The notes: generated by a model not told the origin, from the sequence alone. A stretch of DNA of 64,000 nucleotides from Eledone cirrhosa (GCA_964016885.1 OZ024741.1:227292001-227356000); one strand, 5' to 3'. Counted from the first letter of the stretch, positions 13,089 to 27,017 are shown. A program made the numbers and translations.

Positions 13089-13363
13089 TAAACATATATA
13101 TATATATATACATGTGTGTATGCATTCACAGACGCACACACGTATATATGTATAGATAATGATGTATATATGCATATAATTACTATGAATTAGCATATAT
13201 ACCCATATCTACAAGTGTGTTCACTGGATGCTCTGCTAATGAATTTTAAAATACACTACAAAAGAGGAATATATAGAAGATGGAACGGAAATTTGGCAGA
13301 CAGCAGGATATGAATCCTTGAAAATATTGTCATCGGCTGCGTAAAATTTCACCATTATCCATT

Positions 13364-13591
13364 TATGATGATGAATATGATGATGATGATGATGATGATG
13401 ATGGTGATGATAATGACGGTGGTGATGGTGATGGTGATGGTGATGATGATGGTGATGATAATGACGGTGGTGATGGTGATGGTGATGATGACGATGGTGA
13501 TGATGATGATGATGGTGATGATGGTGATGGTGATGATAATGAAGAAGAAGAAGAAGAAGATTATGATGATGATGATGATGATGATGATGAT
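13364..13591. repeat. (GAT)/(GGT)/(GAA) trinucleotide microsatellite
   Basis: Direct reading. Confidence 0.95.
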
Positions 13592-13891
13592 TCTGGTGTT
13601 ATTATATTGTTATTTTACGGCATTTGAGCACAGCTCTGTGTGCCTTAGTTACAAGAAATATTTCGTTTTGTTATTGTTTCTGTAATTCATATATATATAT
13701 ACTGCATACATTTACACACTTACTCACAGACACACACACACATGTATACACGTGTCTGTGTGTGTGTGTGTGTGTGTGTGAAAAATAAGATATGATGGCG
13801 ATTGAAATATTGTAAAATAGAATCATAAGCTTTCACCGTAAATTAACTATAGAAAATAGTAGAAAATTAGGGCATATGAACCACTATAACG

Positions 13892-13982
13892 GAAAAAAAT
13901 GGGCATTATCATGCGTGGGAATCGAACCCCGATCTCTAATTTTTGCGATAAATATGCTTGACCGATTACACCACAAATCAGT
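13892..13982 (-). promoter_or_regulatory. tRNA-like Pol III internal promoter (A box, B box) followed by a T-run terminator; SINE/pseudo-tRNA, not a bona fide tRNA
   Basis: Minus strand TGGTGTAATCGG ... GGTTCGATTCC ... GCCCATTTTTTT; no intact anticodon arm seen. Confidence 0.55.
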
Positions 13983-14171
13983 CTAGCAAACCGAAAAGGT
14001 CTAAAGTCTGTCTTAAGCAAGAAGTCTCAAACTTTAACAAGAGACAATCTGTATAAAATGTAAGAATACATAGTTCGTCAGAGTATCATATTAAAACTTT
14101 ACAAAACTTTAAAACATCGATACCTGATAAAAATCATATATATTTCCCTCATATGTATCCTTCACAAAATA

Positions 14172-14230
14172 TGAATACATTTCACCAAATATCGGTGAAG
14201 TTAGATAATCGATTTTGGATCGTCAGTGAG
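14172..14230 (-). ncRNA. Hammerhead ribozyme motif
   Basis: CTGACGA T CCAAAATCG ...loop... CGATATTTGG T GAAA TGTATTCA. Confidence 0.6.
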
Positions 14231-14329
14231 GGAATCGATCCATCTAACCTTACACCCGTTAAAATACAGAACTGAAGCCGACGAGAAAAGCACATGAGAT
14301 TATACTAAAAAACCAATGCACGCAGTCAA

Positions 14330-15735
14330 CGCCCGCAATGGCATGAAAGGGTTCAGACTAACTAGAAATAGCAGTGCGTATTCATGTGCTTATTCAGCCA
14401 GCCATTTTGATCAAGGGGTATCTGAAGTGTTAAATAGGTTTAGGAAGGGATGTAATCATTGTATATGTGGGGTAGACATGTGTATGCGTGCATGCGGGTG
14501 CGTGCGGGTGCTTGCGCACGTGTGCGTGTGTGCGTGCACGTGTGTAGCTGTGTTCGTAAGTTTGAAGGATGTGCGTTGGACCGTGGCAGACTGGCTGCTG
14601 TGAGGGTGTAGATGTGTGAGTGAGCATGCGTGCATGAACTGACCAACGTAAAGGGATGTACAATAATGTATATGAATTTCTACATATACGTACACACACA
14701 CATAGTAGTGGTAGCTAATATGATCGTTGCCTTTATATTTCATTACGAGATATGGTCGCAAGAGAAGCTGCTCAGCTTTGGACACGACGACATGGTGGTG
14801 CAACCATAAACAGCTAAACCACAGAATGTGAAGTCACTACGTGCGTGGAGGTGGATAGAACCGGGAAATGGTGGGGATGGAGTAAATGTTAGGAAACATT
14901 TAACACCGACGGTGCAACAGTTATGGCACTGAGTGATACGCGAATACAGAGTGCAAGCGAAGAGATACAAGCACACGTGGACGTGAGCCCTAGAATGTGC
15001 GTTGGTGGTGTGTGCGGGCAGGTGGACATACGTGTGTATGCATCAGAATGTGTAGGATTTTGATGGTTATGTGAGTGCAGCGGTAGATGTGTGTTGGGTG
15101 GTATATACAGATGCTGTTAATGCGGTGTGGATTGTGTGGTGGCTAGAGTGTGTTTCTGTGTGAGAGCAAGGATAAAGGGAGGTTATAGGAACTGTGGCGG
15201 GGAATTGAGGCCATTCGGAAAAGTAGTTCCAACGCAGAAAATTAACTTCTGCTCGGTCCTCGTGCAAATGGCTGTGGATCAGTGGTGTAAAATGAGGCCT
15301 GAGACTGTGAGGTGTTGAGTAGACAGTGTGGTATTGGGGGAACGGAAGTGGGGAGTTACAGGAGTGTCTTTACTTAGTTTTATGTCCCTCGGGTGTTCGC
15401 CTGACAGCGACCCGTTTGTCCGATGTAAATGGAACCACAGAGGGAACACCGAAGAGCATAGATGACGTTGGTGCAGGTGCAAGTGAAGGAGTGGCGAATG
15501 CGAAAAGAATGGTTCGTATCTTTGAGAGTGGTAAGACTTGTTATGTAGGGACAGGTGTTACTATCAGGACGGGACAGCGACGGGAGACAGGTGGATTCCT
15601 AGGGGAGGGAGAGGAGGAACTGTGCACAAGAAGGCCACGGAGAATACGGTCGGGCTCAAAGGCAGTGATACGTGGGTTGGGAAAGAAGTGAGACGTGACT
15701 GGATCAGAAACGAGGATTTCGGAAACAATGAAGGA
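14330..15735 (-). mobile_element. Neptune-type PLE 3' fragment: GIY-YIG remnant (about 15180-15735) plus 3'UTR
   Basis: Minus-strand reading across frameshifts: LRGLLVHS ... CP...TCPYI ... FTCTCTNVIYALRCSLCGSIYIGQTGR. Confidence 0.8.
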
Positions 15736-15758
15736 CACACATATACACACATATATTT

Positions 15759-15841
<83 letters not shown>

Positions 15842-16040
15842 GAGGTTATATTTAATTTGTTGGGATTCAACAAGCTTAAACATTTTTATAACTGATATAA
15901 AGCACTCAACAACTTAGTGGAGTAATTATTCAATATATTAATAAATGGAAACTATATTTATAAAACCATATCCAGGAAGCTTCAACCGTTAAGGTTGTCT
16001 TTTTTCCGGGTATGTCAATATTTATTTATAAAACAAATCT

Positions 16041-16107
16041 GTATTTTATCTGATGAAAGCGCACTATAATTTGCCTTGGTTGCCCTTGAAATATATATAA
16101 TAAAATA
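16041..16107 (+). ncRNA. Minimal hammerhead ribozyme motif (same family as 8655 and 3384)
   Basis: TATTTTAT CTGATGA AAGCGCA...TGCCCTT GAAA TATATATA ATAAAATA; stem I TATTTTAT/ATAAAATA. Confidence 0.75.
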
Positions 16108-16145
16108 ATTATCGTTTTATAAATATAGTTTCCATTTCTTAATAT

Positions 16146-16204
<59 letters not shown>

Positions 16205-16345
16205 AGTGTAAGTTTCTACACAAAACGAAGGTTATAGAGAAAATTGAGGTTGGTAATGACACATGGAATATATAAGAGACAGAATACTTTTTTGTGAAAA
16301 AACATATAATTTTATAAGGTAAGGAAATAATAAAGGGTATAAAAA

Positions 16346-16390
16346 ATGACCGGTTTCGATGGGTCTGCAAAACCCATCTTTTCAAATGTT
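16346..16390 (-). ncRNA. Hammerhead motif with U3-A8 variant core in the pLTR (copies 21226-21270 minus, 22197-22240 plus)
   Basis: TTGAAAA GATGGGT TTTGCAG ACCCATC GAAAC CGGTC; palindromic ACCGGT stem III; stem I weak. Confidence 0.65.
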
Positions 16391-16765
16391 GATTAATATT
16401 AAGAAAATTAATAATAAGAAGAGTTAAAATTTGAGATTTGAAAATTCAAGTATAAAATTCAGTGTGGGATTTCATAGTAGTTTTCATCTTGGTAGCAGCA
16501 AGTTGACTGTTGTGTGCCTTTCTGGTAGTGAATGAGGAGTTATTTGGGGGAGTGGGTTATTTTATAAAGGTCAGATTTAGCAATGGCCAGATGGCCAGCT
16601 GCTGGTCAGTGAGGGGGTGGAAGCAATATACATACATATATCTCCCTGTGGTCGGTAGGAGAGGGGAGAGTGATAGAAAGGGATTTAGTGCACTTACACC
16701 TATATATACACACATACCCTCATCCACACACACATACATATACATATACATACATATATACATAT

Positions 16766-16817
<52 letters not shown>

Positions 16818-16908
16818 ATACACACACACATACATATACATACACACATACACACACACACACATATACATACACACACACACATATATATACATACACA
16901 TACATCCA

Positions 16909-16969
<61 letters not shown>

Positions 16970-17049
16970 GTACATACACATATATACACATACACACACA
17001 TATATACACACACACACATATATACACATACGCATACATCCAGATACAC

Positions 17050-17108
<59 letters not shown>

Positions 17109-17592
17109 ACATACACATACATACACCCACATGCACACACATACACACACACACACACATACACATACATACACCCACACACATAGAGAAATGGCCTCCA
17201 AATATATATATATACATACATACACATATATTTTTTCCATAATATAAGAAGTTAGGACAGTGAAATTAAAATACAAGTCATTCTGATCACATTGAGTTCT
17301 TCATGTAGATTGGGCCCCGCAACCGACAGTGGTGAATTCTGTGTGCGCATATATATATAGATATATGTGTGTGCACGTGCAGGGTTTAACATGGATGTGT
17401 TGGTCACACAAAGGCATGGTCTGTCAACGAATAAACCTGATTCTACAGAATTGGTCTCTGGTCTTTAATAGTAGTGATAATTATATACATGCACACATAC
17501 ACACACATATCTGTCACTCCGTGCGTATGTGTGTTTATATTTTATGACAATTCTATTGGGGTGATAACCCGTTTAGTTTTGGTTTAAATTTG

Positions 17593-19846
17593 TTAAGGAA
17601 TAGATTTTCTTTGTTGCTGTGTGAACGAATCTGAGCACTTGTAGAAGGGGAAGATTTTAAAGTTGGGTAGTGTCATTCTTGCGCAGTTCGCAATATGGCT
17701 GCTCAAGGGGATTTTTCTTGTGTTAGCGTCCCGGATTTGTTGGCGGTGGATGGTCATTCTTTTGCGTAATGAGGTGCCCGTCTGTCCTATGTAGTTGTGT
17801 TTGCACCCACCGCAAGTTATTGTGTAAATCAAGTTCTCCGAGTTGCAGGTGAAATTGTTTTTTACTGTAAATGTTTGGCCATCTTTAAATGTAAATTTGT
17901 GTCCTTCAGTGAGGTAGAGGCACGTTCCACAGTTTGTTCTACCACATTTGGTAACTGTAGGGTTGAGGATTGGTTTGGGTATATTTGGTCCAGTGAGAAT
18001 GCGTTTTAGTGATTTGGGTTGTCTTTTACTTTTAAGGATCTTGTGTGTTTCAAGAATAGACTTCATTTTTACATCTTTAAGTAGGATGGGGAGGTTTTTG
18101 TGTAGGTGATCAAACATTTCGGTATTTCTGGGGTTGAAAGTGGATACATATGGCAGAGTGTTGAGTGTGGTTTTCTGTTTTGGATTGTTAAGTTGATGGG
18201 GATTTAGGTGTTTTGCCCTGTCTATTCCATTGTTGATTATTTCAAGTGGAAAGGCTCTTAAGATAAGGGTGTCTTTTAGTTCCTTTAGTCTTTGCTCCCG
18301 TTTAGGTGGATCTGATACTATGGTACATATACGTTTGGCCAAATTGTAAGGAATGTTAAGTTTTGTATGTTTTGGGTGACTTGATGTGAAAAAGAGGTAT
18401 TGCTTGGAATCTGTGGGTTTATAGAATATATCTGTATCTAATTTCCCGTCTATTACAGAGATGAGAATATCCAAGAAGGCTAATTCCTTGGGATTGGATT
18501 CCATTGTGAATTGTATGTTATTATCTATGTTGTTTATCATGTTTTTAAACGTAGTAAGTGAGTTCATGTCTTCTTGCCATAGGATAAAGCAGTCGTCTAG
18601 ATATCTTTTCCAATTGGCTTTGAGGTGTGTGTGGAAAGAGTCTCCAAATAAGAGAAGGGACTGACTGTATATTTGTTGTTCATGGAATCCCATGACTAGG
18701 TTGGCATATGTGGTTGCTACTTTCGTGCCCATTGCAGTACCTGATACTTGTCTGTATGTTGAACCATTGAATGTGAAGTAGTTATTTTGTAGGATAAAGC
18801 GGAGTCCGTCAGTGATAAAATCTTTGTTGATGCGTGTCGGTATTTCTGATGGGTGTGTGTTAAGCCAGTATTGGACTGCTGTTATTCCATAGTTGTGGGG
18901 TATGTTTGTGTAGAGGTTTATTACGTCAAAGGAGACAAGAATTGTATTTGCACTTACTGTTTTAGGGAGGTGCTTCAGCATGTCAAGGTCATCTCGTATG
19001 TAGCTCTGTATATGTTGTAGAAAGGGTTTCAGTAGGATGTCCAGAAAGTTGCTAAGTCTGTGGATTTCACATGTAGGGCCTGCTATAATTGGCCTGAGTT
19101 TTAGGTCTTCTGGTGGTGTTAGTTCAATGTAATTGTTGGTTGAGGTGTCACATGCATCGTTTATGGGTTTACATTTGTGGAGTTTCGGTAAGCCGTAAAA
19201 AGAGCTTGTATTGCATTTGAAGTGGCTTATATAGTTAAACTCTTTTGTGGTTAAGCTGTTGCGGTATTTATTCAGTAAGGTCAAAAGGTTCCCCATTGTT
19301 TTGGTGTGTTTGTAGTTTTCTGTTTTTTCATAGTATGTGTTGTTTTCTAAAATGTTAAGTGCGAGGGTCCTATAGTAGTCCGTATTCATAATGACAACAG
19401 TACTGCCTTTATCGGCTTCTTTGATGGTTATCTCAGGGTTGTTTCTAAGTATGAATAATTCTTCCCATTCGTGTGTAGATAGGTTTGATTTCGTGTGTTT
19501 ATTTGTAATTTTTTCATAGGGAAAGTTGGTGATGTGTTCGCAGTACGTGTCCAGTGCTTTATTTCTTCCCTTTTGTGGGCAGAAATTGCTTTTATTTCTA
19601 ACCAGTGATTCGTCTTCAGTGTTGGTGTCGTTGTGGAAGAATTCCGTTAGTCGCAGCTTTCGGCAGTATTCCATGATGTCATCCTTCATTTCGGAAGTTG
19701 GGTTTACGTGGTGTAGGTGTAAATTTCAGGCCCTTACTTAAAATGTTGATTTGTGTGTTGGTTAGAGGTGTCTTTGAGAGGTTGATTATTTTGGGTTTCT
19801 CCTGAGGGGGTGCCATCGAGTATCCTGGTATTTCAGGCTTTTCCCT
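17593..19846 (-). CDS. PLE ORF2: reverse transcriptase + Cys linker + GIY-YIG endonuclease; N-terminal 19846-19700 is in another frame, with small lesions near 19697 and at the C-terminus
   Basis: IINLS..L...ILSKGLKFTPTP (shifted frame), ADKGSTVV, FYGLPKLHK, RPII, SFDVINLYTNI, GTAMG, RYLDD, FLDI, YKPTD, CGRTNCGTC, NLIYTITC..C...YIGQT. Confidence 0.93.
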
Positions 19847-21051
19847 AAAAAAGGAATGTAGTTTTGCGTGTGATTATATTTTGTTGGTCTGTTGCGTGTG
19901 GGTCTGTAGCTTGTTGTTTCATGAGGGTGAATGTGATGGTGGGGGTGGTATGTGTTGTGGTTGTTGATGAGCAAGGGTTCTGTTGTTGGTTCATGTGGTC
20001 TGGGTGCGTTATTTCTGTGGTACAGAGTGTTGAGGTTGGGGGGTTGTCTTTTGTTGGATTGAGGGTGATGTCTGGTGTGGTTGTTGGTAAGTTCTGTTGT
20101 GATTTCAAGTGGTCTGGGTGGATTTCTTCTGAGGAATGTGGTGTGTGTGTTGTGAGTTGGATCTATGTTATTTCGTCGTTGGTTTATGTAGGGGGTATTT
20201 CTACGGAAACCTGTGTTGTGGTGGTTGGGTGTGTTTCTTTTGGTGTAGTTGGCCGTATTTGGTTTGTGTTGGTGGGGGATGTGCCTGTGGTTAGAGTGTG
20301 TTGGGTTTGGTGGTGTAAATGTGTCTGTTGTAGTTCTTGTTATGTTCAAATGCTTTATAAAGGGGTTACCTGTTTGGTGCGTCCTTTTAAAGTCTTCTTC
20401 ATATTTGAGGAACCAGTTTTCGGATTTTTCCCACCGTTTAAGGGAAATAATTTCTGCATTCTCGCAGTCCTGTTTCCACGATTTGATTAAATTGTGTAAG
20501 GTTGTTCCCTCGGCCTTTTTAGTGTATTCTTCCTCCATATTTTTATCAGTATCCTTATACTCTTGCTCGTTGGAGGTGGCCCTTAATTTTAGGAGTTCTA
20601 TTTCCATGTTTATCCTGTTGAGTGACATTTGTTCACGGAGTTTTCTTTCTGGTTCAGGTTCGTTTGTAATATGCTTTATTTGGAATTTACGTGGTAAAAC
20701 TATCGGTGTTGAGTTAATCCATTTTTGGTAAATTCCAGCTTTGTTGAGGTTTTTTATCATATTCCAGAAAGTGAATTTTCTGGTTTTTAGATGTTTTTTC
20801 CAGAGGTGTCTCATTTGGTTTTTGATATGGAGCAATGTCGTCTGTTCTGTTTTGGTATTCATAAGTTTTTCGATGGAGTTGCATACGTTTTGAACGTTTA
20901 AATAAATATGGTTGTCAGTCGGTGTGGTGGTTTGGGGTATATCCTGTTTTTTTGTCAGAATGGTGAGTTTTCCATTTATATCTTTTAGGATTTTCAGGAT
21001 TTCCTCATTTATATTGGAGTTTGAAGTTGTGTTGTCTTGTTCCAGTGCCAT
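19786..21051 (-). CDS. PLE ORF1, 421 aa; helical/coiled-coil-like N-terminal part and H/N/T/P/R-rich C-terminal part; function unknown
   Basis: Uninterrupted non-repetitive ORF; ATG lies 25 nt downstream of the pLTR; ends ...PFLGK... just upstream of RT. Confidence 0.8.
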   Translation of the reverse strand: MALEQDNTTSNSNINEEILKILKDINGKLTILTKKQDIPQTTTPTDNHIYLNVQNVCNSIEKLMNTKTEQTTLLHIKNQMRHLWKKHLKTRKFTFWNMIKNLNKAGIYQKWINSTPIVLPRKFQIKHITNEPEPERKLREQMSLNRINMEIELLKLRATSNEQEYKDTDKNMEEEYTKKAEGTTLHNLIKSWKQDCENAEIISLKRWEKSENWFLKYEEDFKRTHQTGNPFIKHLNITRTTTDTFTPPNPTHSNHRHIPHQHKPNTANYTKRNTPNHHNTGFRRNTPYINQRRNNIDPTHNTHTTFLRRNPPRPLEITTELTNNHTRHHPQSNKRQPPNLNTLYHRNNAPRPHEPTTEPLLINNHNTYHPHHHIHPHETTSYRPTRNRPTKYNHTQNYIPFLGKSLKYQDTRWHPLRRNPK

Positions 21052-21323
21052 TTTCCGGATTTGCGTAGGTTAGTATATATGAAAAGTGTAAGTTTCTACA
21101 CAAAACGAAGGTTATAGAGAAAATTGAGGTTGGTAATGGCACATGGAATATATAAGAGACAGAATACTTTTTTGTGAAAAAACATATAATTTTATAAGGT
21201 AAGGAAATAATAAAGGGTATAAAAAATGACCGGTTTCGATGGGTCTGCAAAAGCCATCTTTTCAAATGTTGATTAATATTAAGAAAATTAAATGTGTGCA
21301 TGTGGATGTATGTATGTGTATGT

Positions 21324-21362
<39 letters not shown>

Positions 21363-21717
21363 GTGTATCTGGATGTATGCGTATGTGTATATATGTGTGT
21401 GTGTGTGTATATATATGTGTGTGTATGTGTATATATATGTGTGTGTGTGTGTGTTTGTATGTGTGTATGTATGTATATATGTGTGTGTGTATGTATGTGT
21501 GTGTGTGTATATATATATGTGTATATATATGTGTGTATATATGTGTATGTAGATATATATATATATATATGTGAGTGTGTGTGTGTGTGAATGTGTGTAT
21601 CTGGATGTATGTGTATGTATATATATGTGTGTGTGTGTGTATGTATATATATGTGTGTGTGTGTGTATGTGTGTATGTATATGTATGTGTGTGTGTATGT
21701 ATGTGTGTATATGTATA

Positions 21718-21775
<58 letters not shown>

Positions 21776-21780
21776 TATAC

Positions 21781-21814
<34 letters not shown>

Positions 21815-22340
21815 ATATGTATATGTATATATGTATGTATATGTATATGTATGTGTGTGTGGATGAGGGTATGTGTGTATATATAGGTGTAAGTGCACTA
21901 AATCCCTTTCTATCACTCTCCCCTCTCCTACCGACCACAGGGAGATATATGTATGTATATTGCTTCCACCCCCTCACTGACCAGCAGCTGGCCATCTGGC
22001 CATTGCTAAATCTGACCTTTATAAAATAACCCACTCCCCCAAATAACTCCTCATTCACTACCAGAAAGGCACACAGAAGTCAACTTGCTGCTACCAAGAT
22101 GAAAACTACTATGAAATCCCACACTGAATTTTATACTTGAATTTTCAAATCTCAAATTTTAACTCTTCTTATTATTAATTTTCTTAATATTAATCAACAT
22201 TTGAAAAGATGGATTTTGCAGACCCATCGAAACCGGTCATTTTTTATACCCTTTAGTATTTCCTTACCCTATAAAATTATGTTTTTTCACAAAAAAGTAT
22301 TCTGTCTCTTATATATTCCATGTGCCATTACCAACCTCAA

Positions 22341-22756
<416 letters not shown>

Positions 22757-24119
22757 TGAATTATGTTTGTGCCAACGCAAATGACCATTATAATAATCTA
22801 TCACTACAGGCTGAAAAATCTTCTAAAAAACGGAATTGGTCGCTTAGGCTTCAATGAAGATGTCGATGGTCTAAAACCCATTACCTAGGGCTAGAAGAAA
22901 GCTGTGTTTCTTAATTTTGTAACTACATGGTTCACACAGTGCTAACATTTTGTGATTTATTGCTTGAAATCTCCCATTTGCCTTTCTCCCTCCGTCTCTC
23001 TCTTATATCATGAAGCGTTGTATAATTCCGAAAGACTTTCTGGTAGAAAGAATATGCTTCGTTTTCCATCAACAATTTCTTGCTTCAACAATTATAATTC
23101 TTTATATCTATGCAGATTCTCCCGGTGTTTGTTTATTTATGTATTCATTTATTTATTTTTCATCTTTCGAATTAAGATAGGAAACTGAATGTAAATGAAA
23201 GAAAACAAAAAAAGCAGCGATATTTTTCTCTTTTATCAACCTTGACACATTAGAGAAACGAGAGAAGAAAACATCTATATTACAACATGTCAAGATTTTC
23301 CATTATCCCCTCTTTTTTTTATTCATTTATTACATATGACGCTATTTTTATGATATTTTATAATCTTGGGACTTTCGTCAAACATTCACAAGAAATGGGA
23401 GCCTTACAGGCCAAAAATAAAACGAATGTAAAGTGCTTACAACAGATTTAGAGCTGGTTTTTCTTCAGAATAAGTGAAATATTTGTTCAGTTATAAAAGA
23501 TGAGAAATAAATAGGATCGATTTAACAGCAGGTGACAGAAATACCTTATAACAGTGAATAGAAAATAAAGTTACTTTTAAAATCCTTTTCGTTTTCACAT
23601 TTTAAAAGTACGGAGTTGTGTGTGTGTAATTCTTGTTGCTCTTGTTTAGCACCAGATCAAACCTGATCATGCAGATATATGGTCAAAAGCCTTCCAAATG
23701 CAACAACCCCATTGTTCTGATATACCTAGGATCTCGGTGTGCAGCATGGTCCTTTTCTTTTTTAAGATGGTAGGATGTGATTAGAAAGAACCACACTCTA
23801 TTGTTCATATCAGGGCGAGTAACTCTGTAGGCGGTCCCACAAGTACAGTGTGTACATAAATATAAAATTGTTAAAAAATAAATAACCACGGCCCTTTAAA
23901 CGCCGGCCAATCAGAATGCATAATCATTTTTATGCCAAATATTCAAAACATAATAGCCAATCTTTATTTATATGATAATGAAACACACCGTCCGAAAACT
24001 TTGAAGGCTTGAATATGAACATCTTTACAGATTTTGAAACATTTTTTGGTACATGTGTATGAGATTGCATACAAACGCACGCACTCATGTGTATACACAC
24101 ACATACACACTGACACATA

Positions 24120-24162
<43 letters not shown>

Positions 24163-24167
<5 letters not shown>

Positions 24168-25408
24168 GGTGTTTGTCCCAAAAGTAAGGGTATTTAAATG
24201 ACTGAATGGAGTCTTTTTACTTTATATAAAATTACATAAAATTACAAGTTACGAAATACGACCCTTTTTTCTATTGATCGTATCAATATCGGAAGTCAAA
24301 TTTCTCTGAGTGTCCTTAGTTCGTCGGCCATAATTTTTTGTATGTTTTTGAAGTCCCAAAATGATGACCCTTCAGCTTTGATTTCAATTTAGGGAAGAGG
24401 TAGAAATCACATGGAGCAGGATCTGTGTTGTAGGGAGGAGGTGAAAATGTGGAAGTGTTTTTCTTCGCCAGAAATTCTCTAATTGAAAGTGCTGTTTGAG
24501 CAGAAGTGTTATCCTAGTGCAGTACTCAAACCCCTGCAAAGTCCTTTAGAACTCGCTGGACACATTTTCGAAGTCATTTCAAGACATCGTTGTAGAAGGT
24601 GCGATTACCTGTCTGTCCTGGAGGTAATAGCTATCGAAAAATATGTTGATCATCGTTTTGCTCATACGTGCTTTCTTCGGACGATGAACATTTTTCGTGT
24701 GCCACTCCTATCTTTGCCGTTTTGTTTCTGGATTGTACTTGACCCTCCATGAATCGTCTCTTGTTATTACTTTATAAAAAAAAAAAAAAAAAATAATAAT
24801 AACAATTAGCTAAATTTCGAACCTTTCTAGCAAATCCTGACAAATTTCTATTCAGTTCATTTTTTACTACACAGGTAAGTGTTAGAGCACTAACTTTGCA
24901 CACATTTTTCGCCTGTGCAAATAAACTGTTATAATTCTGTGAACTGCATTTTTACCCAAGCCCGATTCTTCTGCAAGCATTCTAACACTTAACCGGCGAT
25001 CTTTAACCAACATCGCTCGCACCACTTATGCAGTTTTGTTTATTTGTTGACAAGACTGGCCTTCCAGAACAAGGTTCGTCTTCCACATTTTCTTAGACCT
25101 TCCCGAAAGCTTTGTGACACTTAAAAACCTTACTTCTCGATAGAGTGGCATAGAGCGTTAAAGAATTAAATGTTTCGGTGGCAGGTTTGTTGAGTTTCAC
25201 ACAAAGATTTCCGTGCATTCCAAACGTAACAGAGTTTATAAACAAGTCTGTACATAAATTCACGATCGACTCAATCTATCATGCTAAAACAATTGTGTTC
25301 GTGCAGCCAAGGTCATACCCAAAACGTCTATATCCATCAACGAAGTGCTGCCTTACCACATCGTACATAGCAAAATCAGTACTCTTTTTTACCGGATAAA
25401 CTTCGTGT
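24163..25408 (-). mobile_element. Decayed mariner DNA transposon (about 1.25 kb)
   Basis: Minus-strand remnants NVEDEPCSGRP, RKMCAKLV, REFLAKK, DPAPCDFYLFPKLK; imperfect TIRs TACACGGTGTTTGTCC / GGATAAACTTCGTGTA in a TA context. Confidence 0.85.
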
Positions 25409-25415
25409 ATATCTA

Positions 25416-25458
<43 letters not shown>

Positions 25459-25467
25459 ATATGTATT

Positions 25468-25554
<87 letters not shown>

Positions 25555-26951
25555 CGCAACCAAATTAAGTAGTTGTTACTGGAATCTTAGACAAGCGTGT
25601 CTCTTAATGTAGATACAAGTCGATTTAGCATTATAAAGAGAATAGTGAGGACAGAAACTGTGTAGATGGCCTGTCCGAAGGACTATAACTGTAATTCAAT
25701 GTATTAGGTATATCACATAGTGTGCCGTGTTGATTCTGTCTCGGGATCACATACCGAATACAAGTGTCTGTGAAATATTCAACTACTAACCCTATAATTC
25801 AATTCAACGAGTTAATCATATCAAACACAGTATCACTTTAAATCCGCTTGGTATTCATGTTAACCATACAAGTGTCAGTGGATTATTTAAACACTTACAT
25901 AGGAGTGATAATACGTGTGGAAGCCACCGATTCGATATCTGTAGTTGAAAACAAACTGGTCAGTTTCGTTACATACACTGTGTTACACTGAAATTATCCG
26001 ATAATTACTTTAAACGTGAAATCATATGTAGAATAGTAATCTACTGACACTAGTTACGGCCTTTAGAATTATCTTGTTACGTGGAGCCTCCAATTTATAA
26101 TGGAGTCATAAAGGGCGCCATTGTGACATATTGCATGTCTTGGGAATTTAATCGTGGAGAAGGCCATTCTTTCCCAGCTCTACCACAATCGATATCTTCC
26201 AGAGTGAGTGCGTGAGGGGAGGTAATAGGAAAAAAGTGAATGGTGAATCTACCCTCGTGACGATTCGTACTTTAGTTATCGATCTCTAAAAGGTGAAAAG
26301 CAAATTTTACTTCTGCAGGATTTGAATTCATAGCGCAAAGAAGCGCTATAAGCACCTAACACTCTTAGCCAATTTGTCAACCGGTGTATACAAGATTGCA
26401 TAATTCAATTTATGTTTCTTTACATAAGACAACAGAGTGTGATTTGAAGGAGATTTTGAAGCTGTTTATAGTAAAACATACAATTACGTAAAGGATTTGT
26501 CAAAGACTAAGCTCAGTTATTACATTGATATACAACAGCTCAGCAATAAACAACACGTATTTTTGAATAGAGATCGAACATTTTGTGTTAGAGTCCACTA
26601 ATTTCTGCACAGTTTGGAGATTTCCTCTTCCGTTTCCTATAATATATTGATATGATACAACAGTAGACTTTCTGAAATCGAAAGTGTATTGCTGGGGATC
26701 ACATAGATAAGTATAGCTTTGTATATTTGTACCTGTGTTATACATCTGGCGGCATGTCTAGGTTACTTTCGGTTCGACTGTGTATTTCTGTTTATGAGGA
26801 TGCTTCAATCCAGTTTTCACTGTGCACACGTATGTTTAAACGTTTTTATACCGACCTCAATACGTGCCCAAGATGAAATTTATAACAAACCTCGTTGAAT
26901 CATGCGTACACCCTAGATACACATACACTTAATGGAGTAGTCTTCTTGAGT

Positions 26952-27017
<66 letters not shown>

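Noticed and set aside
13905-13982. Functional tRNA gene
   Set aside because: A and B boxes are present but acceptor and anticodon stems do not pair
19864-20731. Plus-strand ORFs of 208 and 160 aa opposite ORF1
   Set aside because: Antisense shadows of a compositionally skewed (A/C-rich) coding strand
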